64,000 nucleotides of DNA from Candidatus Woesebacteria bacterium GW2011_GWF1_31_35 (GTDB lineage: Bacteria > Patescibacteriota > Microgenomatia > UBA8517), in NCBI GenBank assembly GCA_001029755.1, contig CP011214.1:557767-621766 (forward strand), in the 5' to 3' direction. A program made the translations under genes and the position numbers. Positions within the stretch are counted from its first letter, which is position 1, and every line of letters starts with the position of its first letter. Below the pieces are notes generated by a model. It did not search any database and was not told where the DNA came from. It saw only the letters and a list, made by a program, of their open reading frames with translations. Below, one piece after another: positions 60,986-64,000 of the stretch.

Positions 60986-61747
60986 CTAGATAACCCTTTT
61001 TCTTGCTAATACGAAGTAAGAAGGACCAAAATTTAGCCTTGAAAACGGCTTTTGAATGATTTTTTCTATATCCAATAGTAAATTTAATGGGAAGAATTTT
61101 TTAATTATAGTTGATCTAATATTTGAAACAGATCTTACCTCAATTATTTCAAAACCAGCTGTTTTTAATTTTTCATATATCTGATCGGGATGGTAGTTAA
61201 TAAATGGAAGAGTATTATCTTTAATATGTTTTTTACTTCTTAAATCTATTGGGAATATATTAATTGGGTAGGTGATGTTTCCTTTAAATATATTTCGTAA
61301 GCTTGCTTTAAGATGGCTTTTATTTGGAAATTCTAATATAAAATACCCTCCCCTAGAAAGAAGAGAATAAACAATGTTAAAAGCTTCATCTATATTGTCT
61401 ATGTGATGTAAAACTCTAACCATTATACAAAGATCAAAAGTTTTTGATTTAATCCTATTTTTAATACTTGCTATTCCACATTGAAGAAAATCTACTTTTT
61501 TAAGTTTTTTATATTTTCTTTGGGCGCTAAATAGTAAACTTGCACATGGATCAGAAACTATAATTTTTTTGGCTCTAAAATGATAGGATGGTAAAAGTCT
61601 ACCGAAACCTGCTCCAATTTCAACAACTTTTTCAATTTTTGGAATTTTTGAAATAAGTCCTTTAATAGCTATAAATTCTGATTTATGTTCATAATCCCTA
61701 CCTTTCCAGTAGGAGGGATAATCGTAATTGTCGTATGCTGCTGACAT
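60986..61747 (-). CDS. Class I SAM-dependent methyltransferase
   Basis: VVEIGAGFGR, FDLCIMVRVLHH, LSRGGYFILE. Confidence 0.9.
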   Translation of the reverse strand: MSAAYDNYDYPSYWKGRDYEHKSEFIAIKGLISKIPKIEKVVEIGAGFGRLLPSYHFRAKKIIVSDPCASLLFSAQRKYKKLKKVDFLQCGIASIKNRIKSKTFDLCIMVRVLHHIDNIDEAFNIVYSLLSRGGYFILEFPNKSHLKASLRNIFKGNITYPINIFPIDLRSKKHIKDNTLPFINYHPDQIYEKLKTAGFEIIEVRSVSNIRSTIIKKFFPLNLLLDIEKIIQKPFSRLNFGPSYFVLARKRVI

Positions 61748-61760
61748 AAGTTAAGTTATT

Positions 61761-62381
61761 CTACTCCATCCCTTCAATGAATTGGTTGACACCTTCTGCC
61801 CAGGAGCCGTTTGAAAGTGGTGTATATTTGCTCATTATTTCTTCAGGAGTAACATAGCCTTTATCTATATATTCTTTTTTAAGCCCTGCTGTGACAGTTT
61901 CAATTCCATTTTCAAATGAATTAAAACCCAAAGTTCCCTTACTGTGTATTCCCCACCCCCAACAATTAAATGTTCCTGGTGGAATTATTTTACAAAGATT
62001 TGATTCTTGTTGGGCTATGGCTGGAATTAATTTAAAATCTATTCCATATTCATCTGCCTTTTCTACAATAAAAGATGAATAATTAACAAGTGGTGAGTTA
62101 TATCTTTCCAAGTATTGTCTGACAAGTTCAATTCTAGCATCAGATGCAGTAGCTACACCTAATACAGTTGGAAATTCTTTTGGAAGTGAAGCATAGACTC
62201 TAACTCCACTATTTGTTGTAACTGTACCCAATTTAATAGGTTCTTCTTTGTTTAGTGAAAAAATTGAAAATAAACTAATACCTAATGTTATTGGGGTAAT
62301 TGTAAAAAAAACTATAATAAAAAAAAGGTTCTTCCAAAAACTAAAGGACGATTCATTATCTGAATTTAAGTCAGTTATCAT
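61761..62381 (-). CDS. Membrane-anchored lysozyme-like / glucosaminidase-fold protein
   Basis: TM helix; LIPAIAQQES, NCWGWG, KYTP...W. Confidence 0.72.
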   Translation of the reverse strand: MITDLNSDNESSFSFWKNLFFIIVFFTITPITLGISLFSIFSLNKEEPIKLGTVTTNSGVRVYASLPKEFPTVLGVATASDARIELVRQYLERYNSPLVNYSSFIVEKADEYGIDFKLIPAIAQQESNLCKIIPPGTFNCWGWGIHSKGTLGFNSFENGIETVTAGLKKEYIDKGYVTPEEIMSKYTPLSNGSWAEGVNQFIEGME

Positions 62382-62483
62382 TATTATGCAATTTACAGAA
62401 TGACATAATTAAGTTTATGAGTCAAGTTTATAAGTTTTAAAAAAAATATAGTCTACTAAGTTTGGTATAATACGAATATAATT

Positions 62484-62568
62484 GCAGATGTGGCGAAACG
62501 GTAGACGCGTACCGTTCAGGACGGTATGGGCTTTACAGCTCTTGGAGGTTCAAATCCTCCCATCTGCA
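62484..62568 (+). tRNA. tRNA-Leu(CAG)
   Basis: TACCG-TTCAGGA-CGGTA; long variable arm. Confidence 0.94.
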
Positions 62569-62598
62569 CAAATTAGGCAACTTTACATAAATTAATAC

Positions 62599-62680
62599 GC
62601 GGGGATGGCGAAATTGGTAGACGCGTACGCTTAAGGAGCGTATGGAGTAATCTTTGCAGGTTCAAGTCCTGTTCCCCGCA
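62599..62680 (+). tRNA. tRNA-Leu(AAG)
   Basis: GCGGGGA/TCCCCGC acceptor stem; TACGC-TTAAGGA-GCGTA; anticodon at 62633-62635. Confidence 0.9.
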
Positions 62681-62683
62681 CAA

Positions 62684-63358
62684 TTACTTGTCTGTTTTCC
62701 CATGAAGTAAATTTACATGGTAATGTACATCTAACCATGTTTTACATGGAATAACGTTAATGTCTCCTCGCATGCATTTATCGTTATCATAAAAATAAAC
62801 GGTACCTTTATAATCATTCGGCAGTTTTTCAACAACCGAAGGACTGTCGTCAACTATTCCTACTACTTGTGGGTAAAGAAAATGTAAAACCTCTGCTTTC
62901 CATGTATTCCCTTCACTAGAAATAATATCTTTTGGTCTAGCAATAATTGGTTCACTTGGAAAATTATGTTTATTTAACCAATGGGTTGTTCCAGATAGAA
63001 CAGATTGTGGTCTAATTGTTAGATACCCAACTATCGGAATTATTTGATTAATTTTTTGTACCATATCGTTAGAATTTTCAATAAGTAGCAATTCTTCTTG
63101 CAGCAAATCATTTTCTCGTGCATTCTCCATCCATTCTATAGCTTCAGGGGTTTGCCAATATGAAACATTTTGAGTGTAGTGATATTTTGCGATAAGATCT
63201 TTTACTAATAGATTTTCAGGGTTTCCAAATTTTTTTTGCATTTCATGAAACCAATAACCATTTGTCCATGAAAGTGTTTCATCAATATCAAGTACTAAAC
63301 CTTCCCTTCCCTCACTTATTAATTTTTGTTTGAATTGTTGAACTTCTTGCTCAATCAT
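62684..63358 (-). CDS. HAD-superfamily protein, 5'(3')-nucleotidase-like
   Basis: LDIDETL, LTIRP, WL..HNFP, K, IVDDSP. Confidence 0.8.
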   Translation of the reverse strand: MIEQEVQQFKQKLISEGREGLVLDIDETLSWTNGYWFHEMQKKFGNPENLLVKDLIAKYHYTQNVSYWQTPEAIEWMENARENDLLQEELLLIENSNDMVQKINQIIPIVGYLTIRPQSVLSGTTHWLNKHNFPSEPIIARPKDIISSEGNTWKAEVLHFLYPQVVGIVDDSPSVVEKLPNDYKGTVYFYDNDKCMRGDINVIPCKTWLDVHYHVNLLHGKTDK

Positions 63359-63369
63359 AGAATTACTAA

Positions 63370-63792
63370 CTAAAAATAATCCTGTTCTGTAAAAAGTGAT
63401 TTGAGTGTAAAAAAAGTGACTTTTGTTAATCTAAACATAAATTCTGTAAACATTACTAAAAATATAAACATGAATTTTAAAAAACTGGGAAAATATAAAA
63501 TCAATCCTATTAAACTACAGGCAATGATTATTGATCTCTCATCAAATTCAAAAACCAGAAGTCCAATGAAAAACAAACCCACTACAACAGCTGCATGAAT
63601 TACCTTTTTAAACAAATAATCAGATAGAGGATAATTAACTAAATTATAAAATATTGAAGTTTTCTTAATTTGAAATTTATTAAAATATATTTTGAATAAA
63701 TCTATTGGTACGGCAAAAAATCTAATAATTACTTCAATATAATAAGTAAAAATATTTCTTGTTGCATCAAGCTCAATTTTAACCTTTTTCAT
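63370..63792 (-). CDS. Hypothetical membrane protein
   Basis: Several hydrophobic segments. Confidence 0.6.
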   Translation of the reverse strand: MKKVKIELDATRNIFTYYIEVIIRFFAVPIDLFKIYFNKFQIKKTSIFYNLVNYPLSDYLFKKVIHAAVVVGLFFIGLLVFEFDERSIIIACSLIGLILYFPSFLKFMFIFLVMFTEFMFRLTKVTFFTLKSLFTEQDYF

Positions 63793-63797
63793 TTTAA

Positions 63798-64000
63798 TTA
63801 CTCGTAAAACCAGTTATAATCAGGTTCACTAACTTCAATAATTTTACTTTTATTCATTTTATAAGTTCCCTCTTCGTTTACAGTTTCCCAAGTACCTTCA
63901 TAGTAATGATATTCAGCTTCACCATCTACCCAATTAGTTGTTCCAAATTTAACAAAGACAACTGTTTTACTTTTTTCAAATGGCTCTGATATAAAAATAT
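63798..64000 (-). CDS. 3' end of a hypothetical protein, truncated by the window edge
   Basis: Open frame ...YYEGTWETVNEEGTYKMNKSKIIEVSEPDYNWFYE*. Confidence 0.6.
   Translation of the reverse strand, partial: IFISEPFEKSKTVVFVKFGTTNWVDGEAEYHYYEGTWETVNEEGTYKMNKSKIIEVSEPDYNWFYE

Noticed and set aside
62631-62637. Reading the tRNA anticodon as TAA
   Set aside because: The 5-bp stem and 7-nt loop register, compared with the other two Leu tRNAs, place AAG at positions 34-36.

Overview
AT-rich (roughly 28-30% GC by eye) bacterial chromosome segment in genetic code 11. Gene content and trimmed proteins point to a Patescibacteria/CPR genome, probably Microgenomates (inference). Housekeeping genes: xerC/D-like, gyrA, gyrB with an HNH intein, ppa, malic enzyme, rnc, nusB, rpsP, rpmF, recG, tyrS, PBP1A, thrS-infC-rpmI-rplT-pheS-pheT, typA, tig, dinB-like, and five tRNAs. 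A large type IV pilus locus (pilB/T/C/D, about 10 pilins, pilX/M/N/O) is split by a 6 kb accessory insert. Most notable: (1) a radical SAM/SPASM maturase coupled to a double-glycine-leader precursor with eight C-x-P repeats, a candidate new RiPP class, next to a HExxH protein; (2) a minimal T-box upstream of thrS with ACC in an apical loop; (3) a four-segment attenuator upstream of pheST that appears to use the tail of rplT as its leader peptide; (4) a promoter-and-terminator-bounded structured RNA converging on a DUF3800 gene; (5) a rare tRNA-Leu(AAG); (6) a second orphan sRNA; (7) tRNA-linked LAGLIDADG-like genes or remnants; (8) widespread leaderless-type promoters. All calls come from reading the sequence by eye; no database searches were run.
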